Source of the DNA: an uncultured Nitrososphaeraceae archaeon
Lineage (GTDB): Archaea > Thermoproteota > Nitrososphaeria > Nitrososphaerales > Nitrososphaeraceae
Assembly: GCA_963765895.1 (NCBI GenBank)
Contig: CAVXZB010000084.1
Span: 320,001 to 384,000 of the forward strand
Length of the DNA stretch: 64,000 bases
Reading direction: 5' to 3'
In this document: positions 24,366 to 34,223 of the stretch, piece after piece
Position numbering within the stretch: position 1 is the first letter of the stretch
How the letters are laid out: each line of letters starts with the position of its first letter
Made by a program: the position numbers and the translations under genes
The notes under the pieces: generated by a model
Told to the model about the DNA's origin: nothing
What the model saw: only the letters and a program-made list of their open reading frames with translations
Databases searched by the model: none

Positions 24366-24987
24366 TTCCCTTAGAGAGTCAGTCAGGCATTATAAAGAGT
24401 ATCGATCTCGTGCACGGCTAAAAAAGAAGATGCAATAGGCTTGAGGATCATACTGAACTCATCGTCGAACAAAGTGGATGATCAAAATATGAATTACATT
24501 TTAGGCATACATTTGGTTATAATGCAACGCGCGGCGTAAGATTAGCGTTCACATCAAATAAATGAAAGGTTGTCATTTATTGCGACTAGGATCATTTGTC
24601 CACTTCGGTAATACATTATAGATTATCGCCTAACCGACCGAAGATATGAAATTGGACGCTCAGGATAGCAAGGCGACGCAGGCCATTAGCTCAGATTAAA
24701 TCCTCTCGCATTCACCGTATTAAGATCGGCGGTTGGCGACTAGAATAATTCTGTTGTACCTAAAACGAATTTTGTTGTGGAATACTTATTAGGATATTCG
24801 AGCGGCGCTTCAGTTGCGCGCCGTCCAATTTCAATTGTACCGAGATTACCATACCCTCTTAGAGCGGCGTATTATCTTTTAGAGATGTTTGTTTCTCATT
24901 TGGATTTGACCGTCTAAGAGATAAAAATGTACTAAGCTCTCCGTATTATGGAGACAAAAAACCTGTACAGAAATTTTTAGTTTCTAA

Positions 24988-25022
24988 AAGAAAAAGAACG
25001 GTTTCCCTTTCGAGATTGGTCG
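24988..25022 (-). terminator. 3' hairpin (tctc-GAAA-ggga) plus T-tract of member 6
   Basis: Minus strand reads cgaccaatctcgaaagggaaaccgttctttttt. Confidence 0.6.
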
Positions 25023-25059
25023 ATTTTGGTTGACGTAGTTTGCTGGATTTTACCTTAGG

Positions 25060-25365
25060 TTAGTTACTATCGTTGCATCCATTTTGGCGAGCATTTCCAC
25101 CATTTGCATCCGCACCATTTGCATCTCCGCCGCTACCGCCCGTGGTGCCGCCGCCATTAGCGAGCTGACTATTATGGCCTCCGTTATTAGTTGTACCACC
25201 GCTTTGAGCTGTACCGCCAGATTCGCCAAGTTGACCAATGCCACCGTTACACCCTGTTTCAGCAGACGCTGCTGATGGCATGGCTACTGCGAGTGCACCT
25301 GCTATCATGATTCCGGCTACAGCCGCAATCAATATTATTGATGTATTTTTAGTCATTTTTCTCAT
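25060..25365 (-). CDS. Secreted Gly-rich peptide, MxKNTS-leader subfamily (member 6)
   Basis: MTKNTSIILIAAVAGIMIAGALAVAMPSAASA leader. ETGCNGG...GGDANGADANGGNARQNGCNDSN. Confidence 0.85.
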   Translation of the reverse strand: MRKMTKNTSIILIAAVAGIMIAGALAVAMPSAASAETGCNGGIGQLGESGGTAQSGGTTNNGGHNSQLANGGGTTGGSGGDANGADANGGNARQNGCNDSN

Positions 25366-25384
25366 TAAATATTTAAGAAAATAG

Positions 25385-25431
25385 TTAATTAACTTTCAGA
25401 CTTGTGCTTTCTGCAAGATGATTCTTACTAT
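25385..25431 (-). promoter_or_regulatory. TATA box (ttaattaa) plus upstream ATAGTAAGAATCATC motif of member 6
   Basis: The same architecture recurs upstream of members 7-11. Confidence 0.65.
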
Positions 25432-25699
25432 TGAATTATAATTAGCTATCATAATATTTCTTCTATAGTAAAGTAGGTAGCTAATATTAGAAATAAAAAA
25501 TCGAATTTTAATAATATTCGAGGTGTTGATTATATTATCTTATTTTTGAATTATTGAAATCTCTATTTACATTTCTATGTAACGCATTTTAGAATTATTG
25601 TTTCTTGGTCAAAGATGACTATCTATGGGTAAAAAGGTACTAAGCTCTTCGTTCGTAGTAGCAAAAGACATGTACAGACAGATAGTAATTTTGAAAGAA

Positions 25700-25737
25700 A
25701 AAAGAAAAAGAACGGTTTCCCTTTCGGGATTAGTCGT
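25700..25737 (-). terminator. tccc-GAAA-ggga hairpin plus T-tract (second copy at about 26403-26440)
   Basis: Minus strand reads aacgactaatcccgaaagggaaaccgttctttttc. Confidence 0.6.
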
Positions 25738-25765
25738 TTTTATGTTAAGTTAGTTACTTACTAAC

Positions 25766-26089
25766 TTAGTGGTTATGACTGTTGGCGCCGCATCTGTTGT
25801 TGCAAGAGTTACCGCCATTAGCATTTCCGCCGTCTCCGCCGTTAGCATCTCCGCCATTAGCGCTTTGGTGGTTGCCGCCGCCTGCGTGCTCTACTTCGTT
25901 CTCGCCGCCGTTTCCAGCTACACCGCCAGCTCCGCCAGCTCCGCCAATGCCACCGTCGCCACCGACTGATACTTGACGAGCATATACATTGCTTGTTGCT
26001 AGTGTTAGTGCAAGTGCACCTGCTACCATAATTCCGGCTACTGCCGCTACTAATACCATTGAAGTATTCTTGTTCATTGTAACAGTCAT
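25766..26089 (-). CDS. Secreted Gly-rich peptide (member 7)
   Basis: MNKNTSMVLVAAVAGIMVAGALALTLATSNVYA leader; GGDGGIGGAGGAGG; VEHAGGGNHQ; CNNRC. Likely start at 26077, based on TATA spacing. Confidence 0.88.
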   Translation of the reverse strand: MTVTMNKNTSMVLVAAVAGIMVAGALALTLATSNVYARQVSVGGDGGIGGAGGAGGVAGNGGENEVEHAGGGNHQSANGGDANGGDGGNANGGNSCNNRCGANSHNH

Positions 26090-26103
26090 GTCACAGAAGT
26101 AAG

Positions 26104-26149
26104 TTAATTAACTTTTTGGTTGATAATTCTGATTGATAATTCTAACTAT
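26104..26149 (-). promoter_or_regulatory. TATA box (ttaattaa) plus two copies of a 13-bp repeat ttgataattctga
   Basis: Read directly; the paralogous promoter at 26823-26860 has three copies. Confidence 0.65.
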
Positions 26150-26468
26150 CATTTATTCAAGGTAATTCTGATAGACATTAGAAGTGTAATGTGCTTTACT
26201 TTACTTTTTGATAGTCAAAATATCTATTCATATCGATGCAAATGAATTTCCGCATCCATATAAACGCATTTTCGTGTCGTTCTAGCTTTTGAATTTGACC
26301 GTTAAGGATGAGGGATAAGGGATGAGGGATGAAGGGATAGACATAAAGATCTGTTTTATAGAAGCAAAAGACATGTACAGACAGATAGTAATTTTGAAAG
26401 AAAAAAGAAAAAGAACGGTTTCCCTTTCGGGATTAGTCGTTTTTATGTTAAGTTAGTTACTTACTAAC

Positions 26469-26792
26469 TTAGTGGTTATGACTGTTGGCGCCGCATCTGT
26501 TGTTGCAAGCGTTACCGCCATTAGCATTTCCGCCGTCTCCGCCGTTAGCATCTCCGCCATTAGCATGTTGATGGTTGCCGCCGCCTGCGTGCTCTACTGA
26601 GTTCTCGCCGCCGTTTCCAGCTACACCGCCAGCTCCGCCAGCTCCGCCAATGCCACCGTCGCCACCGATTGCGCGTTGATCAGCATATGCATTGCTTGTT
26701 GCTAGTGTTAGTGCAAGTGCACCTGCTACCATAATTCCGGCTACTGCCGCTACTAATACCATTGAAGTATTCTTGTTCATTGTAACAGTCAT
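26469..26792 (-). CDS. Secreted Gly-rich peptide (member 8)
   Basis: Paralog of member 7, differing mainly just after the signal cleavage site (DQRAI vs RQVSV). Confidence 0.88.
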   Translation of the reverse strand: MTVTMNKNTSMVLVAAVAGIMVAGALALTLATSNAYADQRAIGGDGGIGGAGGAGGVAGNGGENSVEHAGGGNHQHANGGDANGGDGGNANGGNACNNRCGANSHNH

Positions 26793-27180
26793 GTCACAGA
26801 AGTAAGTTAATTAACTTTTTGGTTGATAATTCTGATTGATAATTCTGATTGATAATTCTAACTTACAATTTATACGAATAATTTTGAGAAACATTCGTAG
26901 CGTTATCAATTTTGTCTACTCGGATTTCGGAAATAGGTTAGAATGTTTAAGAATTTTGTAAGAGAATAAACTTTTTTCAGCATATATAAGAGTTTCCTTT
27001 TCTTTAGTCAGTTGTCTTGTATAGTTGTACAGAGGATGTTAGACTGAAAATTGCAATAAATTACTGTTGAAGAGGCCTTAGTACCGAGGTTACATTTTCA
27101 GATTTTTAGAGACAGGACGCTATAGGATACTCGTTAGGCTGATTATAAACACATGAGTATTAGTATTTTATCTTTTCAGT

Positions 27181-28133
27181 GGTTTTGCAGAAACCATGTA
27201 TTGAATGCCGTTAGAGTTACTTAGACTTATCCAATATAGGTATTGAAAATATCAAAATGTGTTAGCCGAGCAAACACTATGTACTGCATTTTGCGAAATT
27301 CAAGAATTCCCTTATTTCTTCACAAAATGTGCACTATATCTTTATGATATTGTAGCATTTAGTATTGCTCACAATAAAACAGTAAGACAGCACGAAGGAG
27401 TTATAGAATGTCTGTTGAGTGATGAATTGAAGCGCGTTACTTAACAAGATCTCTATGATTATCACGTATTTCTTATTTTACAACATTGCAGAAGTTTACA
27501 AAGCGGATTAACAATGCATTACTCGAAAAGATAATTTTGTCATTTGCTGTAATTAGCGGTACCAAGCATATATCTGCAGTAATAGATTCGACAGGATTCA
27601 ACATAACTCATGCTTCAGTGTTATAATGAACTAACAGAATTTAGAAGAAAGTATGTAAAATTATCTGTCTATTGGAGCTGACGTGCTGCAACAAATTATA
27701 CGTACGATTAACATAAAGCAAGCTCCTGCAGGACATTATAATGTGGATTTCAAACCCCATTATAACGAAAATATCAGGTATACTTCCATTACCTTTAGTT
27801 ACTGCATATGATAGTGAAGATAATCATTTATTGATATGAAAGGATTTACTGCATTCAATGTAATCCCAGCCCAATACAAACACATGTCATATGGATAACA
27901 CATAGTAAATACATAAAAGAGATGAAACGCACCGTTCCAAATTGCGGTCCAATCAACGAAACAAGAATAGATAAAACCATAATGTCAGCTAGAAAATGAC
28001 TACTTGGAGAGAATCTTATGTATAGATTGACTAGAGCGCAGAATAGGAATTGTCATTTAGATGTATGACATATAGCATGATTTACGTACAGACTGACTGA
28101 TCTTATAATATTAAGGATTTTTCTACAAAAGCC
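27181..28133 (+). mobile_element. Decayed copy of the IS5-family (IS903-like) element found intact at 46389-47336
   Basis: Fragments such as KFTKRINNALLEKII and GTKHISAVIDSTGF match the intact transposase. Ends ggttttgcagaaacc / ttttctacaaaagcc. Flanking 9-mers cttttcagt / cttttcaat. Confidence 0.85.
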
Positions 28134-28908
28134 CTTTTCAATATAGGAGTCTATTTTCAGCAGTCTCTGTCTCACAAGGTGAATAGGTACATAGATCTAT
28201 CAGAAAGTTTGTAGCTAAAGAGTCTAATCCGTTAGATAGTATATGGACTGTCCAAATGAAAAAGGCGTTGAAAAACGTGTTGAAAATCGCAAAAGAGGAA
28301 CATGGGGCCTGATAGAGCAGACAGGTGGGAGCTTCCCTTACAGATGATGAACTGAGGGTACTTTGACGATGTACTTATAAGTCAATGAGATGGCCTGTAC
28401 AGAACGAGACGGATAACAGGAATTGATAGGGTAGAAGAACAAGTTCCTCGCTTACAATTCTATTTCTACATATACTGCATTAGGCTAGACGCTCATAACT
28501 GGGATAGAATGAAGGGTTTGAATATAAAGACATTTACAACAGGAGGCAACGAACCCAAACTGAATAGAAGGTGTTCGCAAGAGACTAATATTTTTCAAGA
28601 ATTTGCTGACACTAATTAGTTAACACGTGATAGCTTTGGTGTGAGCATCGAATTGTAGCATTAAAGATATTATTGTCTCTCTTTATGGTACCACTGGTTC
28701 ATTTGGAATAGATTTGCCAGCGCGGTAACATTTGAGGAAATAAATAGATACTCACTCGAAGTATCGATAAAAAAAGAAGGACATTATTTAGAGATTGGGA
28801 GTTGAAGTAGTATGCGCCAACACCGACTTTTTAAGCTATAACATGACACACATTTTATAAGCCATCATTTGAACAAACTGTAGATAAGAAATTCAATAAT
28901 GGATCTAG

Positions 28909-29127
28909 GTACACTTTGCCCTATTAACCACGACCGTACCGATGCTAGCCCTTCCGGTATTTGCGGTAGTCGGCGCTAATGGTGGCACTGGCGCTGACGC
29001 TTCAAAAGCAGGAACAGGTCAAAATGGTGGTTCTAATGTGGTCTGCCATAGTCGAGGCCATCAATATCAATAGCACAACGGTGCTAATGCCCCCGGAACA
29101 TGAGTTGCTGCTTGCAGCACTGGCTAA
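28909..29127 (+). pseudogene. Degenerate Gly-rich secreted peptide gene, paralog of 62285-62539
   Basis: LLTTTVPMLALPVFAVVGANGGTGADASKAGTGQNGGSNVVC...*HNGANAPGT*VAACSTG*, compared with GANGGVGGDAAKAGVGANGGSNC. Confidence 0.6.
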
Positions 29128-30414
29128 ATTCACTCTCTTTCTAGGTAAAAAGATCTAGCCAACCCAAACTTGCGTCATTGTTTGCAACCAGATTGAGCTG
29201 CTTGATGGCTTGATTTTTCAGACGAATTTCGTTCACCTCCCTGGAAAGAGCTTGCTCGGAGCCTAACTGGTTTAAGAATTTGTTTATGCTGTATAGCAGC
29301 TCACTATTGCCCAGGTTCTTTAAAACCAATTGTTGAACAGGGGCCCCTATGAAGGACCAATCAGTACTTTGAATTATAATGTCTTAACTGCGGCATTTTC
29401 TTCATAGTGATTGTTTACAATAGATACGAAGAATCTTTGCCTATTTTCTTATTCGATGCAATGTCAATCTAGGGCTGCAATTCTTTTTATAAATACAAAT
29501 AATCATACCCATAGTGCCCTCTGGATATTCCAATCAGGATATCTTACAAGCTAATGATGCAGTAACAATGAAATCGGACATAATAGAGATTTTCGCCAGT
29601 AGGAGAGTCTATCATCATAGCTGCAAAATTGTAATATTACCATTTCCCATGGTTCTGTGCTCAAAGAAAGATATCTAAATTCAACAGCAAATTCATATCT
29701 ACCAGCAGGGGTAATCGATCGAGAAATTGTTCAATATTTTTGAAACGACTATAGTAAATAGAGAGATGTAGTAATATTGCATCTAATTTGTTTGCCGTTT
29801 CTAATGGAGGTATTCCTCGAAATATCTCAGAAGATATTATGGCTCGTTTTTGATATCGAGCCTATTGAGATAAATAACTGTTTCCGGCACTTTACAGAAA
29901 ATTGGAAATTTTTCCGGGGTTCAATTTGGTCATGCCGATATGTGTGCCCCTCCATCATACGCGAATAGAATTTTTCGTAAAAATTTGAATCCAGCTCTCC
30001 TGGGTTGAAGGATTGAGAAGAAGACTGAAACCTTTTGGCGTTCTTGTCAAGATATAATACCCTGTCCATAGAGCATTATTTTTGGAGTGCTACATTTCTT
30101 ATTGGACATTTAAAATAAATAATAGACGATATCTCCAGGTGATTAAAAATTAGGGCGGTATCCCAGTCATCCTGTCCATCAATTAATTCAGAAATGTATT
30201 TACAATGAAAAGCTAATAGATTTTTTGACTATATAAAATGAAGATAAAATAGAGCAACATCTTAAAGGTTTACCTAAATTCTTGATTTTTATTTCTATGA
30301 ATATTTGGCTACTTTTATCTAGAAGAAATATTATGATAGCTAATTATAATTCAATAGTAAGAATCATCTTGCAGAAAGCACAAGTCTGAAAGTTAATTAA
30401 CTAATTACTTCTAA

Positions 30415-30771
30415 ATGTTACTAACAAAAATGACTAAAAATACGTCAATAATATTGATTGCGGCAGTAGCCGGAATCATGATAGCAGGTGCACTCGCAGT
30501 AGCCATGCCATCAGCAGCGTTTGCAGATCAGCATAGTAAAGGAGACAAGGATCAGCATAAGAAAGGAGATACTGCCACAGCAGGCAACGGTGGCATAGGT
30601 GGAGCTGGCGGAGCTGGCGGTGTAGCTGGAAACGGCGGTTCTAACAAAGTTGAGCACGCAGGCGGCTTCAACCATCAAGATGCTAATGGCGGAGATGCCA
30701 ATGGCGGTGATGGCGGTGATGCAAACGGCGGTAACGCTTGCAACAACGAATGTCGTGCAAATAGCGACTAA
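30415..30771 (+). CDS. Secreted Gly-rich peptide (member 9)
   Basis: MTKNTS leader (likely start 30430); DQHSKGDKDQHKKGD; GGAGGAGG; VEHAGGFNHQ; CNNEC. Confidence 0.88.
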   Translation: MLLTKMTKNTSIILIAAVAGIMIAGALAVAMPSAAFADQHSKGDKDQHKKGDTATAGNGGIGGAGGAGGVAGNGGSNKVEHAGGFNHQDANGGDANGGDGGDANGGNACNNECRANSD

Positions 30772-30785
30772 CTTAACATAAACTC

Positions 30786-30825
30786 GACTGATATCCCGAA
30801 AGGGATAGTCCTTTTTCTTTTCTCT
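30786..30825 (+). terminator. gact..tatccc-GAAA-gggatagtc hairpin plus T-tract (copy at about 32002-32041)
   Basis: gactgatatcccgaaagggatagtcctttttctttt. Confidence 0.65.
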
Positions 30826-30949
30826 TAGAAATTAACAATTTGTGTAAGGTTTTTTGCATAAGATGAAGAGCTTTGCATGTATGGCTCACACAACAACCTT
30901 TTCGATGATCTCTTTGCTGCGCGCACATACAAGTAAACTCAACCAATTC

Positions 30950-31330
30950 TTGATCTGCTTTAGCTTATAATCATTATCTCTCTTGCAAGGGAAATAATCA
31001 TCATCAAAACATTCAGTTCTATTTTTATTATTAACTGAATTATCCTTTCTATGAAGCCTTTTTCATTCTGGGAATGAGAATGATGGCGATATTTAATATT
31101 CAGGAATGTAGTAGATGGGTAGATACCAAGTGTCGCCATCTGTTGAAAGATTGTGTCTTCCATATTTTTTGATCAGAGATTATACAAATTATTCAGATAC
31201 AAACAAACGCATTTTTCAATGGGAATATAAATACTTGATTGTCGTATTGGTTGGCTTAATAGCAGCCCATAACCGTTTCTTGGATATAATTATAATGAGA
31301 ATGTCGGAAGTTTGTGGCTAAAGGTCTATC
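30950..31330 (-). mobile_element. IS6-family transposase remnant
   Basis: Fragments DGDTWYL, HHSHSQNEKGFIERIIQ and RTECFDDDYFPCKR resemble thaumarchaeal IS6 DDE transposases. Confidence 0.7.
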
Positions 31331-31630
31331 CATCAAGTAAACATTTCCATGCGTCTTTATCCCTTTGACTATCAAGTTCAAATACGAAAGAACGATTCGA
31401 ATATGTAGTTACACGGAAATGCAAATCATAATAGATCTTTTTGACTATCCAAAAGTAAGATAAAATAGAGCAACATCTTAAAGGTTTACCTAAATTCTTG
31501 ATTTTTATTTCTATGAATATTTGGCTACTTTTATCTAGAAGAAATATTATGATAGCTAATTATAATTCAATAGTAAGAATCATCTTGCAGAAAGCACAAG
31601 TCTGAAAGTTAATTAACTAATTACTTCTAA

Positions 31631-31987
31631 ATGTTACTAACAAAAATGACTAAAAATACGTCAATAATATTGATTGCGGCAGTAGCCGGAATCATGATAG
31701 CAGGTGCACTCGCAGTAGCCATGCCATCAGCAGCGTTTGCAGATCAGCATAGTAAAGGAGACAAGGATCAGCATAAGAAAGGAGATACTGCCACAGCAGG
31801 CAACGGTGGCATAGGTGGAGCTGGCGGAGCTGGCGGTGTAGCTGGAAACGGCGGTTCTAACAAAGTTGAGCACGCAGGCGGCTTCAACCATCAAGATGCT
31901 AATGGCGGAGATGCCAATGGCGGTGATGGCGGTGATGCAAACGGCGGTAACGCTTGCAACAACGAATGTCGTGCAAATAGCGACTAA
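31631..31987 (+). CDS. Secreted Gly-rich peptide (member 10), identical to member 9
   Basis: Identical translation in the ORF track. Confidence 0.88.
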   Translation: MLLTKMTKNTSIILIAAVAGIMIAGALAVAMPSAAFADQHSKGDKDQHKKGDTATAGNGGIGGAGGAGGVAGNGGSNKVEHAGGFNHQDANGGDANGGDGGDANGGNACNNECRANSD

Positions 31988-32389
31988 CTTAACATAAACT
32001 CGACTGATATCCCGAAAGGGATAGTCCTTTTTCTTTTCTCTTAGAAATTAGCTATCTGTCTGTACATATTTTTGTTTTTATAAAACAAACATGCCAATAT
32101 GTCTTTATATCTATCCCTTTGGCTGTCCAATTCAAATGAGGAAGAATGACTCGAAAGTGCATTTGTATGGATGCAAATAACAGATAGAGATTTTTTGACT
32201 ATCAAAGAATAAGATAAAATAGAGCAACATTTTGAAGGTTTACCAAAATTCCTGATTTTTATATCTATCAGTAGCTAACTGTTTTCCTCTATAAGAAATA
32301 TTATTACTTGTAGTTATAATTCATTAATAGGAATCATCTTGCAGAAAGCACAAGTCTGAAAGTTAATTAACTATTTTCTTAAATATTTA

Positions 32390-32710
32390 ATGAGAAAAAT
32401 GAACAAAAATACATCAATAGTATTGATTGCGGCTGTAGCCGGAATCATGATAGCAGGTACATTCGTGGTAGCAGTGCCATCCGTAGCGTTTGCAAAAGAA
32501 AAGGGTGGCATCGCTGGAGCTGGTGGAGCTGGCGGTGTAGCAGGAAATAACAATAGAGGTATTGGTGGAGCCGGTGGATCTGGCGGTACAGCTGGTGACG
32601 GCGGTGACGGTGGTAACGGTGTTTTCAGCGCTGGCGGTGACGGCGGTCGCGGCGGAGATGCAAATGGCGGTTACGGCGGAGATGCAAATGATGGTCACGG
32701 TCACGCTTGA
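32390..32710 (+). CDS. Secreted Gly-rich peptide (member 11), Cys-free
   Basis: MNKNTSIVLIAAVAGIMIAG leader; GGAGGAGG...GGDANGGYGGDANDGHGHA. Shares the promoter and the tcccgaaaggga hairpin (about 32779-32800). Confidence 0.88.
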   Translation: MRKMNKNTSIVLIAAVAGIMIAGTFVVAVPSVAFAKEKGGIAGAGGAGGVAGNNNRGIGGAGGSGGTAGDGGDGGNGVFSAGGDGGRGGDANGGYGGDANDGHGHA

Positions 32711-33190
32711 CAAAGTGAATGCAACAATAGATCTGAGCTGAAATAAATCCAGCAGACTACTTCAACCAAAATCTATGAATCCCGAAAGGGAAACCGTTCT
32801 TTTTCTTTAGAAGTTAACAATTTGTGCTTGGCTTATTTCTGTTGCACTGGCATTCCATCAGTCAATGTATTCCAATCTCTCATAAGCTAATAAATATCCT
32901 TGATGGAATTCATAAGTGCGCCTTTTCTCATTTAGACAGCCTGATCGTACGTGTAAGCACTCTTCACAATTGTTCTAATCGTAGACCGCTTAATTTTGGC
33001 CAGAATTATATCCATCGCTGTATTGCTAATGATCAGATTCGTGCGCAAAAGTGTTAGATGTCAGTTTGGTAAGGCAAGGGAGAGACACATAAATTTGCAA
33101 ACGAAATATATGATGAATCACAGTAACGAATATTATCAATACTAAATTTCTTGCGTTACTCTAGCGAGGAGCATAGATATGACTTAATTC

Positions 33191-33766
33191 TTACTCTAAG
33201 ATTTGATTCATCCGCATTGGTACAGGATGTCTGGCAATCGCCGAAGCAGACCTCTTGTCTGCAGAAGACATTTGTTTTTCAGTTTCATTATATATAGCTC
33301 TTTTTGCGCTGAGTATTCTTTTCAGTTCATGATTATCTACCAGCATATCAACTATTTTTTCACGTTCTTCATCTGGTATTCCTGAATTTGATTTCGTCTC
33401 AAGGGCATCAATCGCTTTAAGTTTCCAATGGTCATGAATCGCCTGATCGATTAATGCAGTAACACTATACGCAATTTTACCTAATGACGTAAGTAGATAT
33501 TTTCCGTTAGATCTTTTTACCAGGCCAGAGGAGATTAAGTTAGATATTCGTGAATAATATTGCTTTCTAGTAAGCTTGACTTTTGATATTAATAGTTGAG
33601 TATTAATTAATTCACCGCTATCTGTGGGATAAATGGTATCATCGGCAGTGGCAGAGGCAATGATTTTAAATAGGTCTAATGATTTATCATCAGAAAGCGC
33701 TCCCAATATTGAAACGGTCGAGTGTTTTTCCCCTTTAGTATCAGTTGATCCTGTGGTAGTCATCAC
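33191..33766 (-). CDS. Winged-helix (ArsR-like) transcriptional regulator
   Basis: ILGALSDDKSLDLFKIIA...LTRKQYYSRISNLISSGLVKRSNGKYLLTSLGKI. Confidence 0.8.
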   Translation of the reverse strand: MMTTTGSTDTKGEKHSTVSILGALSDDKSLDLFKIIASATADDTIYPTDSGELINTQLLISKVKLTRKQYYSRISNLISSGLVKRSNGKYLLTSLGKIAYSVTALIDQAIHDHWKLKAIDALETKSNSGIPDEEREKIVDMLVDNHELKRILSAKRAIYNETEKQMSSADKRSASAIARHPVPMRMNQILE

Positions 33767-34223
33767 CCTTAAAAGTGGTCAAATCTATTTAAGCATAAAG
33801 TCCAGAGATTTTGTATTTATTATTACTAAATTTGCCGAAATATGGAATAACTGGGTAAAATGACTAAAACGGAGTCTTCTGCAACAAGAATCACTTGTAA
33901 TCCATTAGATTGTTTTCAGACTATTGTAATAATACCTTGACCCGTCAGGCTAACACTATTCAAGCTCTTCAGGAGAAATTGTTGATCGGACTGGCAAGAT
34001 TAAATGTTATTTAATCACATTTGCTATTCAGTACGAAAATGTCTTGCATGAATTAATTGTTCAGAGTGAAGTGAAGCGTTGGTACGGAAATGATCAATTA
34101 TACTCATTTCCACTATATATTTACTATCATTGGTGACTTTTCTCAATGTTTTAGGGATATTAAATCATTTTACTATTGTAAATCTATATTAATAAAGAAA
34201 ATAGTAAAAACTAACGATATATA

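Larger units (their letters stand above)
25660..26860. repeat. Tandem duplication with 703-bp period (25660-26147 and 26363-26860) carrying members 7 and 8
   Basis: Identical terminator, leader and C-terminal coding sequence at an offset of 703. Confidence 0.92.
30241..32050. repeat. Apparently perfect 594-bp direct repeat (30241-30834 and 31457-32050)
   Basis: Offset 1216. Includes the promoter, the CDS and the terminator hairpin. Confidence 0.92.

Noticed and set aside
29141-30069. Short minus-strand ORFs between the two peptide triplets
   Set aside because: Fragmentary, with no recognisable motifs; cannot be assigned as part of the system.
24114-32710. Classical RiPP cluster (microcin B17-like Gly-rich precursors)
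   Set aside because: No YcaO, radical SAM, lanthionine synthetase, peptidase or peptide exporter in the window. The leaders look like ordinary Sec signal peptides.
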